Below, piece by piece: positions 29,599 to 39,593 of a stretch of 64,000 nt of DNA (position 1 is its first letter; the number at the start of each line of letters is the position of its first letter). The notes under the pieces were generated by a model. That model searched no databases. It was not told where the DNA came from and saw nothing but the letters and a program-made list of their open reading frames with translations. Source of the stretch: an uncultured archaeon (GTDB taxonomy: Archaea; Iainarchaeota; Iainarchaeia; Iainarchaeales; JAAZKV01); contig CAZUCF010000001.1 of the NCBI GenBank assembly GCA_964619405.1, positions 33,633-97,632 of the forward strand. Direction: 5' to 3'. The position numbers and the translations under genes are program-made.

Positions 29599-29633
29599 TA
29601 GAAAAGAATAATAAGTTTAAAATAATTAATTAA

Positions 29634-29921
29634 ATGATTAAAATGACAAAAAAATATTTTTCAGAAAAAAAAGCACAAGGTGCAATAGAATACTTATTGA
29701 TTATTGGAGCAGCAATACTAGTAGTAGCAATAGTATCAATATCAATGGTAGGCGTAACAACAGGGGGCCTAGAAAAAACAGATGCTGATACAATAAGAGA
29801 CACAACACTAATACTAGAATGTCAAAAAGAATGCATTCAACAAGGTTACAGTTGGAACGGAATTAATTGTGAAGTAGAAACCAGTGAAAAATGCAATGAA
29901 TTTGGACCTAACCCAAATTAA
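29634..29921 (+). CDS. archaeal type IV pilin, class III signal peptide
   Basis: Contains EKKAQGAIEYLLIIGAAILVV and a C-terminal Cys-containing domain. The start is 29634 or the ATG at 29643. Confidence 0.75.
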   Translation: MIKMTKKYFSEKKAQGAIEYLLIIGAAILVVAIVSISMVGVTTGGLEKTDADTIRDTTLILECQKECIQQGYSWNGINCEVETSEKCNEFGPNPN

Positions 29922-29970
29922 ATCTAATTTTCAGCAACAATTAAATATCACTTAATTAATACTATTTCTT

Positions 29971-30261
29971 ATGAATAATAACAAGAGCAATAATAGAGGA
30001 CAAACCGCAATAGAATACTTATTGATTATTGGAGCAGCAGTACTACTAGTAGCAATAGTAATAATTTTTATTTCACAAGCAATTGCAACTGGTTCAGACA
30101 CTGGTGGGGAAAACACTTACCAATATTTGTGCGTAACACTTGATTCAAACACATTGGATTGCGGTTGTTATTTAGGAGAAACCAATAGAGGCGGAGCAAC
30201 TAATGACTTATGTTGTGCAAAACCCCAAAGTATTTTACGCTCAAAATGGACTTGTGGTTAA
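29971..30261 (+). CDS. archaeal type IV pilin, class III signal peptide
   Basis: Begins MNNNKSNNRGQTAIEYLLIIGAAVLLV. The C-terminus is Cys-rich. Confidence 0.75.
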   Translation: MNNNKSNNRGQTAIEYLLIIGAAVLLVAIVIIFISQAIATGSDTGGENTYQYLCVTLDSNTLDCGCYLGETNRGGATNDLCCAKPQSILRSKWTCG

Positions 30262-30262
30262 A

Positions 30263-30454
30263 TTGAATAAAAAAAATCTTTTTGAAGAAGAAAAAGCACA
30301 AGTTGCTTTCGAGTATTTGTTAACAGCAGTATTTGGAATAATATTAACAATAGGAACAGCCTTAATATTAGAAACATTAAGACAACTAGCATTAAAAGCG
30401 CAAACCGATTTTTTGAATGAACGAACAAGAGTAATAGAAAATCTTTTACAATAA
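30263..30454 (+). CDS. Flp-like short pilin, class III signal peptide
   Basis: A probable TTG start at 30263 lies right after the upstream stop. The N-terminus reads NKKNLFEEEKAQVAFEYLLTAVFGIIL. The longer track ORF (from 30203) overlaps the previous gene. Confidence 0.6.
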   Translation: MNKKNLFEEEKAQVAFEYLLTAVFGIILTIGTALILETLRQLALKAQTDFLNERTRVIENLLQ

Positions 30455-30672
30455 AAAAGCAATCAAAATAAAAATCACAAAAAAGCAAAACTAAAAAAAT
30501 ATCAAACAAATAATAAAAATTAAAAACTACAAAACAAACAACAAAAATTAAAAACTATCAAACAAATAATACGACTTCATATTATTAAAAAGATTAATTA
30601 ATTTTTTTATATTGGTTCAAAATCAAATAAGATATTTTTTTAAATTGGAAAAACCTTATTTAATAGATAAAG

Positions 30673-31767
30673 ATGTTTTTTCTCACAGCAATAATAATTT
30701 CTTTGATTGGTTTGCTTGGCGCAACATACACTGATTTAACAGAAAGAATTGTTCCAAACAAACTAAATTTTGGTTTAATTATAACAGGACTATTAATATA
30801 TTCAATTCAATCAATATACATGCAAAATATTTTCCCCATAATTTATTCTATTTTTGGGTTGTGTTTTGGATTCTTTTTTGGTTGGACACTATGGAAACTA
30901 GGTGTTTTTGCTGGAGGAGATGTAAAATTATTCATGGCATTAGGCACATTAAATCCTTTCACCCCAGCATTAATCAAAGTTGGTTTTTTAACAAATATTA
31001 GTTACCCAATAATGCCAATAAGTTTATTCATTTATTCTTTACTTGCTTTTCTACCATACGGAATAATAGTAATAATACACAAATTATTGAAAAACAAAAA
31101 AGAAAGAAAAAAAATATTTTTGGAATTAAAACAAAAAACAATACTCGCGACACACACCTCAATATTTATTTCAGGAGCATATGTTATTACAACAATAATT
31201 ACAACAAACAATTTTTTGAATTTGATAATTATTTTTACAGCACTAATAATATGGAATTTTTTAAAACAAAGAAAAAAATATTTAACTATTATTTTTGCAT
31301 TAATTGGATTAATAATAAATTATTTGACAATGATTGAATACTTGATAATACTAATAATACTTTTTGTTGGATTATATGGTTTGATAAGAATATTATTTTT
31401 AATGAAACCATTACTCTCAAAAAAAATATTTATTAATGATTTAGAAGAAGGCATGATTCCAAGCAAAACATTGATGTGGAAAGGCAAAAAAGTTATTGAA
31501 AAAAAACAATTAAGTCTTAAAGAACTAATACGAAAAATGAAAAACAAAGAAATAGTTTCAAGCGAAAAAGAAATTATTTCTTCGATGAAAGCAAGGGGCC
31601 TGACAATTGAAGAAATTAATACATTAAAAAAGTTATCCAAAAAAGGATTAATATCAAAAACACTTCTTGTAAAAGATTCAATCCCTTTTGTCCCAACAAT
31701 ATTATTAGGATATATTTTGTGCTTGATTTTAGGAGATTTTATAATCCAGATAGTGTTATTCATATAA
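30673..31767 (+). CDS. prepilin/preflagellin peptidase (PibD/FlaK, A24 family) with C-terminal extension
   Basis: The first catalytic Asp is in GATYTDLTERIVPNKL and the second in AGGDVKLFMALG. The protein is polytopic. Confidence 0.8.
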   Translation: MFFLTAIIISLIGLLGATYTDLTERIVPNKLNFGLIITGLLIYSIQSIYMQNIFPIIYSIFGLCFGFFFGWTLWKLGVFAGGDVKLFMALGTLNPFTPALIKVGFLTNISYPIMPISLFIYSLLAFLPYGIIVIIHKLLKNKKERKKIFLELKQKTILATHTSIFISGAYVITTIITTNNFLNLIIIFTALIIWNFLKQRKKYLTIIFALIGLIINYLTMIEYLIILIILFVGLYGLIRILFLMKPLLSKKIFINDLEEGMIPSKTLMWKGKKVIEKKQLSLKELIRKMKNKEIVSSEKEIISSMKARGLTIEEINTLKKLSKKGLISKTLLVKDSIPFVPTILLGYILCLILGDFIIQIVLFI

Positions 31768-31776
31768 GGTGAAAAA

Positions 31777-32229
31777 ATGCGAGGACAAGCAACCATAGAA
31801 TTTATTTTTATAATATTAATAGTAATTGTTTACATTTTTAGTGTAACAAAACCATTAATAGAAAACGCGCAAGGAGTAATTGAAGATATTGAAAACATTT
31901 CTAAAACAAATTACGCAACACAACAAATAGTTAACACAACAAATAAAATAGCTTTACTAGGAACAAATTCAAAAGAAACTATTACATTATTTATTCCAAA
32001 CAATTCTAAAATAATTTGTCAAGAAAATGGTTTTAGTTACCAAATTGAAATAAACAAAACAGGAAACAACCCAACTATCTTACTTTGCCCACAAAATATT
32101 TGTGAAAAACGTTTTGAAATACTTGAAGGATTTACAATTAACTGTGAAGAAGACCTATTTGGATACGGAATAAAAAAAATAGCAATAGAAAAAATTGAAA
32201 AAAATAAAATAAAAATAAATAATGGGTGA
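31777..32229 (+). CDS. pilin-like protein, class III signal peptide
   Basis: Begins MRGQATIEFIFIILIVIV. Confidence 0.65.
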   Translation: MRGQATIEFIFIILIVIVYIFSVTKPLIENAQGVIEDIENISKTNYATQQIVNTTNKIALLGTNSKETITLFIPNNSKIICQENGFSYQIEINKTGNNPTILLCPQNICEKRFEILEGFTINCEEDLFGYGIKKIAIEKIEKNKIKINNG

Positions 32230-32563
32230 ATTTTTGAGAGGCCAAGTATCTTTTGAAGTATTATTACTTATTCTACTAGTTGTCATAATAGCAATAACCA
32301 TGACTAATTTATTCATACAAACAAATGACACTACTAATGCTTACTTGTTAATAAGAAACGAGTTCTTGTTACAAACAAATGTAAAAAATGAAGAAATAAT
32401 ATTAGAACAAATTTATTTCGTACAAGAAGATACACCCACTTTTTACATAAAAACAATTCCAATTATAATAAATTCTAACGACATAAATCTTACATTAATT
32501 GAAGACAAGGTTAACAAAATGACAAATTTCAAAAACACTAAAATAAAAATTAATGCAGAATAA
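32222..32563 (+). CDS. pilin-like protein, class III signal peptide
   Basis: Begins MGEFLRGQVSFEVLLLILLVVII. Confidence 0.65.
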   Translation: MGEFLRGQVSFEVLLLILLVVIIAITMTNLFIQTNDTTNAYLLIRNEFLLQTNVKNEEIILEQIYFVQEDTPTFYIKTIPIIINSNDINLTLIEDKVNKMTNFKNTKIKINAE

Positions 32564-32742
32564 AAATTAATACAGAATAAAAAAATAAGTAATATACTAT
32601 AAAAAAACAAATCTAATACATTTAAATTTAATCAAAAACTAACTATATAATTTAATTTATTTAACAAAACTTCAATATAAAAAAGACGACAATTAACGAA
32701 AAAGTGCTTTGGTTTTTTTAAACTTAATTATATAAAAAAATT

Positions 32743-33069
32743 ATGAATGAAAGAAATATTACCCAAATTTGTATCATCATATCAATAATTGGTTTAATTT
32801 TTTTTGTTTTTTGTTACGAAGAAGAATTCCCAGAAAAAACAATAAGTGAAATGATTTCAAATATTGGAACAAAAGGAAAACTAATTGGAAAAGTAGAATA
32901 CATAATAAATAATGAGCCATTAATTTTTATTCTCCAAAACGAAGAAAAAATAAAAGTTTTTTACCCAAAAAAAATTGAGTTAAAAAAAAATGATATTGTA
33001 GAAGTATTCGGAGAAACCACTATTTACAATAACGAAATTGAGATTTTTGCTCAAAGGGTAACAAAATGA
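32743..33069 (+). CDS. small membrane-anchored protein, possible OB-fold
   Basis: An N-terminal TM anchor is followed by a beta-rich ~80-aa domain. No motif is recognised. Confidence 0.4.
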   Translation: MNERNITQICIIISIIGLIFFVFCYEEEFPEKTISEMISNIGTKGKLIGKVEYIINNEPLIFILQNEEKIKVFYPKKIELKKNDIVEVFGETTIYNNEIEIFAQRVTK

Positions 33070-34244
33070 TTACTTACTTGTTACTTGGAATAATAGCTGG
33101 CACAACCGCAGGATTAATTCCTGGCATACACACAAACAATATAACACTAATAGTTTTCCTAACACCACTCTTTGGAAACAATGCAACAGTTTTTGTTTTG
33201 AGCATGATAACAACACAAAGCTTTGTTGACTTCATACCAACAATATTTATTGGAGCGGCAAGCGAAAACTCTTTTGAAGGAATATTGCCTGGACACAAAA
33301 TGTTCATGCAAGGAAAAGCACACGAAGCAATAATGCTAACTGTTTTTGGAGGAATAATAGCAACAATAATTTCAATACTTGTGTTTCCGTTTTTCATCAA
33401 AAGCATTGAATTTTATTCCACAAATTTTGAAATAATAATTCCAATGATATTAATTTTTTCAATAATAACACTAATACTCACTGAAAACACTAAACAAAAA
33501 AAATTAATTGCTATTTTTGTAATAATTGTTGCTACAACACAAGGAATATTATTCAAAGACCAAATTTTCCCATTAATAAGTGGTTATTTTGGTATTTCAA
33601 CATTAATTAATTCCACAATAAAAAAACAAATTTCACAAAAACAGGAAACTGAATTTGAAATACACAACGATAAAATAAAAGACGCTTTAACAGGAATTAT
33701 CGGAGGAGCAATAGTTGCTTTTGTGCCAGGAATAGGAAATAATTTAGCTGCCGCCATAATTAGATTGTTCAGACAAAAAATAAGAACGAAAAATTATTTG
33801 GTTTTATTAGGAAGTATAAACACTAGTAATTTTATTTTTTCTTTCCCAGTATTATTATTTTTATCAAAAACAAGGAACGGTGCAATGATTTTTTTAAAAG
33901 AAAGAATTCTTATTACAGAACAAACTATTTTGATTGGTTGCGCTACCATACTAATTTCTTCAGGAATAGCAGGAATCATAACAATAATTATTTCAAAAAA
34001 AATGTCCAAAAACAGTAATAATTCAAAATTTATAAAACTACAACAAAACAAAATCATCGAAAAAATAATTATTATACTTATTACAATACTTGTTTTATTC
34101 TTTAACGGGTTAATTGGTTTAATAGCATTAATTTTTTCAACAGCATTAGGATTAATAACAATAAACACTAAAACAAAAAGAAGTAATTGCCTAGCATTTT
34201 TGATAATACCAGTCCTATTTTTCTACCTTTACCAATTAATATAA
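33066..34244 (+). CDS. TctA-family (DUF112) polytopic membrane protein
   Basis: The N-terminal GIIAGTTAGLIPGIHTNN and the ENSFEGILPGHKMFMQGKAHEAIMLTVFGGIIA region resemble the TctA GxxPG / PGE...DG..mar.G..g.AL motifs. Confidence 0.5.
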   Translation: MITYLLLGIIAGTTAGLIPGIHTNNITLIVFLTPLFGNNATVFVLSMITTQSFVDFIPTIFIGAASENSFEGILPGHKMFMQGKAHEAIMLTVFGGIIATIISILVFPFFIKSIEFYSTNFEIIIPMILIFSIITLILTENTKQKKLIAIFVIIVATTQGILFKDQIFPLISGYFGISTLINSTIKKQISQKQETEFEIHNDKIKDALTGIIGGAIVAFVPGIGNNLAAAIIRLFRQKIRTKNYLVLLGSINTSNFIFSFPVLLFLSKTRNGAMIFLKERILITEQTILIGCATILISSGIAGIITIIISKKMSKNSNNSKFIKLQQNKIIEKIIIILITILVLFFNGLIGLIALIFSTALGLITINTKTKRSNCLAFLIIPVLFFYLYQLI

Positions 34245-34246
34245 TT

Positions 34247-34612
34247 ATGTGGCACATAAAAAAAAGTTTGTTAGAAGATATAATCCAATCATCAAAAAAT
34301 TATTTACCTGATGAATTCCTATGCTTTTTAGGAAGCAATACACAAAAACAAGAAATAATAGAAATAATTTTTTTACCCAATCAAAGTGATGAATCATCAA
34401 CCAGCATAAACATGAATGCTTTCCCAAGCGATGCAACAATAATAGGTAGCGCTCACTCACACCCAAATAGCAGTATTTTGCCAAGCAATGCAGACAAAAA
34501 ATTCTTTAAAAGATTCAAAATTAATATAATAATAGGGTTAAATAAATTTGAAACCAGAATAGGGTTTTATAATGAAAAAACCAACAAGATAGAAGTGAAA
34601 ATAATTGATTAG
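34247..34612 (+). CDS. JAMM/MPN+ metalloprotease domain protein
   Basis: The JAMM motif HSHPNSSILPSNADKK (H-x-H-x7-S-x2-D) is present. The start is taken at the internal ATG (MWHIKK). Confidence 0.6.
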   Translation: MWHIKKSLLEDIIQSSKNYLPDEFLCFLGSNTQKQEIIEIIFLPNQSDESSTSINMNAFPSDATIIGSAHSHPNSSILPSNADKKFFKRFKINIIIGLNKFETRIGFYNEKTNKIEVKIID

Positions 34613-34636
34613 ACAAAGTTAAAAAGAAAAAAAGAG

Positions 34637-35029
34637 TTGAATTATTACATGAAAGGACAAGTAAGTTTAGATTTGTTACTAACAATACTAGCATTAGTAA
34701 TATTTATTAGCACAACAACAATGATAATTAACGAAATAAAACAAAACAATGAACTAATCATATTAGATAATAAATTAAAAATAATTGCAAATGATTACTC
34801 GTCATTAATAACAACAAGTGAATTATTAATTGATTTTAATTATGAAATAAGAAAAAATTTAGATGTTGTTATTTTTAAAGGGAAAAAAACTATTCCAGAG
34901 TTAACAACCAATAATGAAAAACTTATTTTAAATATTAGTGAATACAAACGAACAATTGAAACAAATATTCCAACAAACAATAAAACAATTAAACAAGAAG
35001 AACAATTTTTGGTGATCACAAATGAATAA
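34637..35029 (+). CDS. pilin-like protein, class III signal peptide
   Basis: Begins MKGQVSLDLLLTILALVIFI. Confidence 0.65.
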   Translation: MNYYMKGQVSLDLLLTILALVIFISTTTMIINEIKQNNELIILDNKLKIIANDYSSLITTSELLIDFNYEIRKNLDVVIFKGKKTIPELTTNNEKLILNISEYKRTIETNIPTNNKTIKQEEQFLVITNE

Positions 35030-35498
35030 AGGTCAAATTTTTTCACTTGATTTTTTGCTAGCAACAATAATTATGATAATATTTATTGGAACAACAATAA
35101 ATGCTTTTGAAACTAGAACATATTTAATAAAAGAAGAAATTAATTCAGATATTCTAATACAAAACAGCAATTCAGCTTTTATCGCACTAACTAATGGAAT
35201 TTATTCTTGTAAAACTGAAAATTATATTAGTTTACCATTTACAATAAATGAAACCGTTTTAAATTCAAAAAATATTGGTGAATTGAAAGCAAGCATTGGT
35301 TTGCAAGACAAAAACATCTCATTAGAAATAAATGGAACAAAAGTGTTTGATGAAATTAATCAAAAAGAAACAATTATTGCAATTGAAAACGAAGTTCTTT
35401 TTTGTAATAATATAATAGAACTTAAAGATTTAGAAGATTGCTTAAATGGAAATTGTATTTTTGAAAAGAAAAAAATTATTTTAATGGTGGAAAAATGA
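35022..35498 (+). CDS. pilin-like protein, class III signal peptide
   Basis: Begins MNKGQIFSLDFLLATIIMIIFI. Confidence 0.65.
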   Translation: MNKGQIFSLDFLLATIIMIIFIGTTINAFETRTYLIKEEINSDILIQNSNSAFIALTNGIYSCKTENYISLPFTINETVLNSKNIGELKASIGLQDKNISLEINGTKVFDEINQKETIIAIENEVLFCNNIIELKDLEDCLNGNCIFEKKKIILMVEK

Positions 35499-35770
35499 AA
35501 GGCTTTCTTTTTTCTATTGAAGCATTAATAACAATAATATTATTGATTTCAACTATTACCATCATATGGACTTATTTTGATTATAATTATAATACAAACT
35601 TTTTAACAACAAACTCAAAAATTAATACAATCAACGCATTTTATTTTAATGATTATTCTAAATCAACCGCGAATGATTCAAATTTGAATATTAATTTTTG
35701 TTCCAAAATAATAATTTATAATAATCAAAAAGAATTTGAGGAAAAAACTTTTTGCGAGGGAATAAAATGA
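35495..35770 (+). CDS. pilin-like protein, class III signal peptide
   Basis: Begins MKGFLFSIEALITIILLIS. Confidence 0.55.
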   Translation: MKGFLFSIEALITIILLISTITIIWTYFDYNYNTNFLTTNSKINTINAFYFNDYSKSTANDSNLNINFCSKIIIYNNQKEFEEKTFCEGIK

Positions 35771-36174
35771 ATAAAAAAGGTTTTGCAACAGTGCTTGTCG
35801 GGATAAGCATTTTTTTTGTAACAATAATAATGCTTAGTAGCAATTATTACCAAGAAGAAAGAATAGATTACTCGCAAATAATAATTGACTCTAAAATAAA
35901 AATAACTAATTATGAAATTGTTTTGAATCAAGCAATACAAGATTGTAATTGGCAAAAACCTAATAATGAAATACAAAATTGTGTTAATTTAAAAGCAAAT
36001 AATTTAAAACAAGAAATTTTTGATGAAATGAATAAGTGTGAACAAGAAGATTTTATTTTTAATGACATAAATTCACTAATTGGGAAAATAAATTGTCACA
36101 ATGACATAAATATTAACAAAACATTTTTTTCAATAGATTTAAACAAAAATATTATTCTCAAAAGGTACAAGTGA
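35752..36174 (+). CDS. pilin-like protein, class III signal peptide
   Basis: Begins MNKKGFATVLVGISIFFVTIIML. The start is probably the ATG at 35767. Confidence 0.55.
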   Translation: MRGNKMNKKGFATVLVGISIFFVTIIMLSSNYYQEERIDYSQIIIDSKIKITNYEIVLNQAIQDCNWQKPNNEIQNCVNLKANNLKQEIFDEMNKCEQEDFIFNDINSLIGKINCHNDININKTFFSIDLNKNIILKRYK

Positions 36175-36207
36175 GGTTATTTATACCTTTTCTTGGAAAA
36201 CTAATTT

Positions 36208-37959
36208 ATGGAAACAAAAAAAAGAATTGCTGTTATTGACTACGAAAAATGCAATTTTGAGAAATGCGGGATGTACTTGTGCCAAAAAGTTTGCCCATTA
36301 AATAGGAATGGTAAAGAATGTATTACCTTTGAAAAAAATGAGAAACCGCAAATATCAGAAGAACTATGCATTGGTTGCGAGATTTGTCAAAACAGGTGTC
36401 CTTTCAAAGCAATAAGTATTCTAAACATAGCATTTAATCTTGACAACCCAATACACTCTTACGGAAAAAACATGTTCAGATTACATGGCTTACCCATTCC
36501 AAAAGAAGAAAACACTATTGGTTTAATAGGAAGAAATGGTATTGGAAAAACAACAATTCTAAAAATACTTTCAGGAAATCTTATACCAAATTTAAACGAA
36601 GAAAATAATAACCAAGAAAAAGTTCTTGAATATTTTAAAGGCAAAGAAGCCCAATCTTTTTTTGAAAAAGTTTATTCAGGAAAAAACAGGATTGCATTAA
36701 AACCACAAAATATTGAAGTAATAAATGCAAAAGGAAAAGTAATTGACTTATTAAAAAAAGTTGATGAAACAAATAATTTAGAAGAAGTAATAAATGATTT
36801 AGATTTAAAACAAATACTAAATAGAAACGCTGAAGATTTATCAGGAGGAGAATTCCAAAAAATAGCTATTGCTGCAACAGGACTAAAAGATGCCGAACTA
36901 TATTTTTTTGATGAGCCAACATCCTTCCTTGATATTAGAGAAAGACTAAGAGTAGCAAAATTCATCAGAAAAATTTCTGAAAAAAAATCAGTAATGGTAG
37001 TAGAACACGACTTAATATTATTAGATTATTTAAGTGATTTTGTACATTTAATCTATGGAAAACCAAGAGTATACGGATTGGTTTCACAAATCAAAACAAC
37101 TAGAGAAGGAATAAATGATTACCTTGAAGGTTACTCAAAAGAAGAGAATTTTAGGTTCAGAGAATACAAAATAGATTTCTTTTCAAATTTTAAAAACGAG
37201 AACTCACAAAAAAAAGAAAAGATGATTGAATGGCCGACACTAGAAAAAACACTTGGTTCATTCAAATTAAATGTAGAAGCAAAATCAATTAATGAGAACG
37301 ATGTTGTTGGAATAGTTGGGCCTAATGGAATAGGAAAAACAACTTTTATGAAAATACTCGCTCAAGAAATAAAACCAGATAATACAAATTTAGAGAAAAA
37401 AGTAAAAATTTCTTACAAACCCCAATATGTTTCGTACACTGGTGAAAAAACTGTTCGAGAATTATTTGATGATAATGAATTAGAAAAAATAAAAAACACT
37501 TTAATAAAAAATCTTGAGATTGAAGAATTATTTGAAAAACAAGCTAAATTGTTATCGGGTGGAGAACTACAAAGAGTGTCTGTTGCATTGTGTTTATCAA
37601 AAAAAGCTGACTTGTACTTGTTAGACGAACCGTCTGCTTACTTAGATATAGAACAAAGATTAAACATTGGAAAAGTTATTAGAAATCATATTGCACTAAA
37701 CAAGTGCTCTGCAATAATAATTGACCATGATCTCACATTTATTGATTATGTGAGTGACAAAATAATGGTTTTTGAAGGAGAGCCAACAAGAAAAGGTATT
37801 GCAATGGGTCCTTTTGGGGTTGAAGACGGGATGAACAAACTATTAGAATACCTTGATATTACTGTGCGAAGAGACAACCAAACAAAGCGGCCAAGAATAA
37901 ATAAATTTGATTCAGTATTAGACAATGAACAAAAAAAATCAAAAAAATATTATAACTAA
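36208..37959 (+). CDS. abce1: ABCE1 / RNase L inhibitor, ribosome recycling ATPase
   Basis: An N-terminal 4Fe-4S ferredoxin domain (CQKVCP...CIGCEICQNRCP) is followed by two ABC cassettes (GRNGIGKTT; GPNGIGKTT; LSGGELQR). Confidence 0.95.
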   Translation: METKKRIAVIDYEKCNFEKCGMYLCQKVCPLNRNGKECITFEKNEKPQISEELCIGCEICQNRCPFKAISILNIAFNLDNPIHSYGKNMFRLHGLPIPKEENTIGLIGRNGIGKTTILKILSGNLIPNLNEENNNQEKVLEYFKGKEAQSFFEKVYSGKNRIALKPQNIEVINAKGKVIDLLKKVDETNNLEEVINDLDLKQILNRNAEDLSGGEFQKIAIAATGLKDAELYFFDEPTSFLDIRERLRVAKFIRKISEKKSVMVVEHDLILLDYLSDFVHLIYGKPRVYGLVSQIKTTREGINDYLEGYSKEENFRFREYKIDFFSNFKNENSQKKEKMIEWPTLEKTLGSFKLNVEAKSINENDVVGIVGPNGIGKTTFMKILAQEIKPDNTNLEKKVKISYKPQYVSYTGEKTVRELFDDNELEKIKNTLIKNLEIEELFEKQAKLLSGGELQRVSVALCLSKKADLYLLDEPSAYLDIEQRLNIGKVIRNHIALNKCSAIIIDHDLTFIDYVSDKIMVFEGEPTRKGIAMGPFGVEDGMNKLLEYLDITVRRDNQTKRPRINKFDSVLDNEQKKSKKYYN

Positions 37960-37960
37960 C

Positions 37961-38362
37961 TTAACCAAAAATAGCTTTTTTTGATATTGGTGTTAAATCC
38001 ATTTTTTTTATTTCATCAATTGAAAAAAAACCGTGTTTTGAATGATCAACAGATGTTTTCAAAGAACCTTTTATCTCACAATTAAAAACCATTAAAAAAA
38101 GTGTTCCCTTAAAACCATTAAATTCTTCATAAAAAGAAAAAACTTTTTCTAAATTTGATTTAACACAATTACAACCAGTTTCCTCAAAAATCTCTCTATT
38201 CACAGCAACATCAATATTTTCACCAAACTCAACTTTGCCACCAGCTAACTGCCACTTACCCTTAAAAAAAGTGTTTTTATTACTTCTTTTGAGCAACAAA
38301 ATATTATTATTTGAATCTTTTATTATGGCTTCAACAATTGAAACACTTTCATTGCTTGTCAT
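37961..38362 (-). CDS. NUDIX hydrolase
   Basis: Nudix box GGKVEFGENIDVAVNREIFEETG. Confidence 0.8.
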   Translation of the reverse strand: MTSNESVSIVEAIIKDSNNNILLLKRSNKNTFFKGKWQLAGGKVEFGENIDVAVNREIFEETGCNCVKSNLEKVFSFYEEFNGFKGTLFLMVFNCEIKGSLKTSVDHSKHGFFSIDEIKKMDLTPISKKAIFG

Positions 38363-38417
38363 TCAAACTAATTCCCATTACGAATTTATTTAAAACCCTT
38401 CTCAAAACAATACTTTT

Positions 38418-39437
38418 ATGAAAATCATTAAAATTGATAAAAAGTTTAATCAAATCATAGTTGTTCCTGAAATAATTGATGATTTATGGCACTTAGAAAA
38501 AATAATTGAGAAAAACGATATTATCATTGGAAAAACAGATAGAAAAATAAAACCAAGCAAAGAAGGAGAAAAAACAATTAGACAAAACATTTTTGTAGAA
38601 TTAGAAGTACAAGACGCACATTTTCAAGAATTTAGCGAAAACTTAAAAATAAGCGGGGTGATACTTTCAGGAAGCCCAAAAGAATTCATTGAAATACATG
38701 CTCACCAAAGCCTCGACATAAAAACAAACGAAAAATTAAAAATTATTAAAAAACAAATAAAAAAATGGCATATAGAAAGATTAAAGAAAGCAGAGGAAAC
38801 AACTACAACAGAAATACTAACCATAATATTAGATGATGAAATAGCTGAATTAGCATTTATAAACCAATTTTCAATAAAGAAAAAAGCATTAATAAAATCA
38901 AACAAACAAGGAAAAATGTTTGAAGAACAAAAAAACACTTTCTTTGAAGAAATACTTGAAAAAATTATTTCAATAAAACCAAAAAAATTGTTTTTGGTTG
39001 GGCCTGGATTCACAAAAGATAATTTGAAAAAATTTATTGAAGAAAAAAAAGTTTTTTTAGGAACAATAATAATAGAAACAATTAATTCTATCGGAGAAAC
39101 TGGTTTAAGAGAATTAATTAGTTCTGGAAAACTATCAAATATTGAAAAAGAATTACAATTAACAAAAGAAAGCAAGATAATAGAAGAATTTTTAACAAAA
39201 TTATCAAAAAACAAGGCGGAATATGGAATAGAAAAAATTAATGAAGAAATAAAAAACGGTAGAATAGAAAAATTAATTGTTAGTGAGAGTTATTTAATGC
39301 AAAAAAGAGAAGAAACAGAAAAAATAATGGATTTAGCAGAAAAATTTGGAAGCGAAATAAATATCATTTCATCAAAAAACCCTCAAGAAAAAACAATTTA
39401 CAATATGGGCGGGATAGTCGCAACACTACGATACTAA
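38418..39437 (+). CDS. pelA: Pelota/Dom34 mRNA surveillance factor
   Basis: The N-terminal region MKIIKIDKKFNQIIVVPEIIDDLWHLEKII fits the Pelota N-domain. The protein has the eRF1-like three-domain length (339 aa). Confidence 0.8.
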   Translation: MKIIKIDKKFNQIIVVPEIIDDLWHLEKIIEKNDIIIGKTDRKIKPSKEGEKTIRQNIFVELEVQDAHFQEFSENLKISGVILSGSPKEFIEIHAHQSLDIKTNEKLKIIKKQIKKWHIERLKKAEETTTTEILTIILDDEIAELAFINQFSIKKKALIKSNKQGKMFEEQKNTFFEEILEKIISIKPKKLFLVGPGFTKDNLKKFIEEKKVFLGTIIIETINSIGETGLRELISSGKLSNIEKELQLTKESKIIEEFLTKLSKNKAEYGIEKINEEIKNGRIEKLIVSESYLMQKREETEKIMDLAEKFGSEINIISSKNPQEKTIYNMGGIVATLRY

Positions 39438-39593
39438 ATAACAATCAATTAAATAATGAAACAACTTTCAATTAACTAATAAATAATTAAAAAAGTAAAA
39501 AAATAATTAAGCAACAAAAAAAACTAAACAACAAATAAAAAAATAAAAAGCAAAAATAATTAAACAATAATTAAAAAATAAATTTTTAATTAA

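Noticed and set aside
30203-30262. Upstream 20 codons of the 83-aa pilin ORF
   Set aside because: This part overlaps the preceding pilin gene. A TTG at 30263 immediately after the upstream stop gives a standard-length class III signal peptide.
36459-36965. Two small minus-strand ORFs (61 and 97 aa)
   Set aside because: They lie inside the highly conserved ABCE1 coding sequence on the opposite strand.
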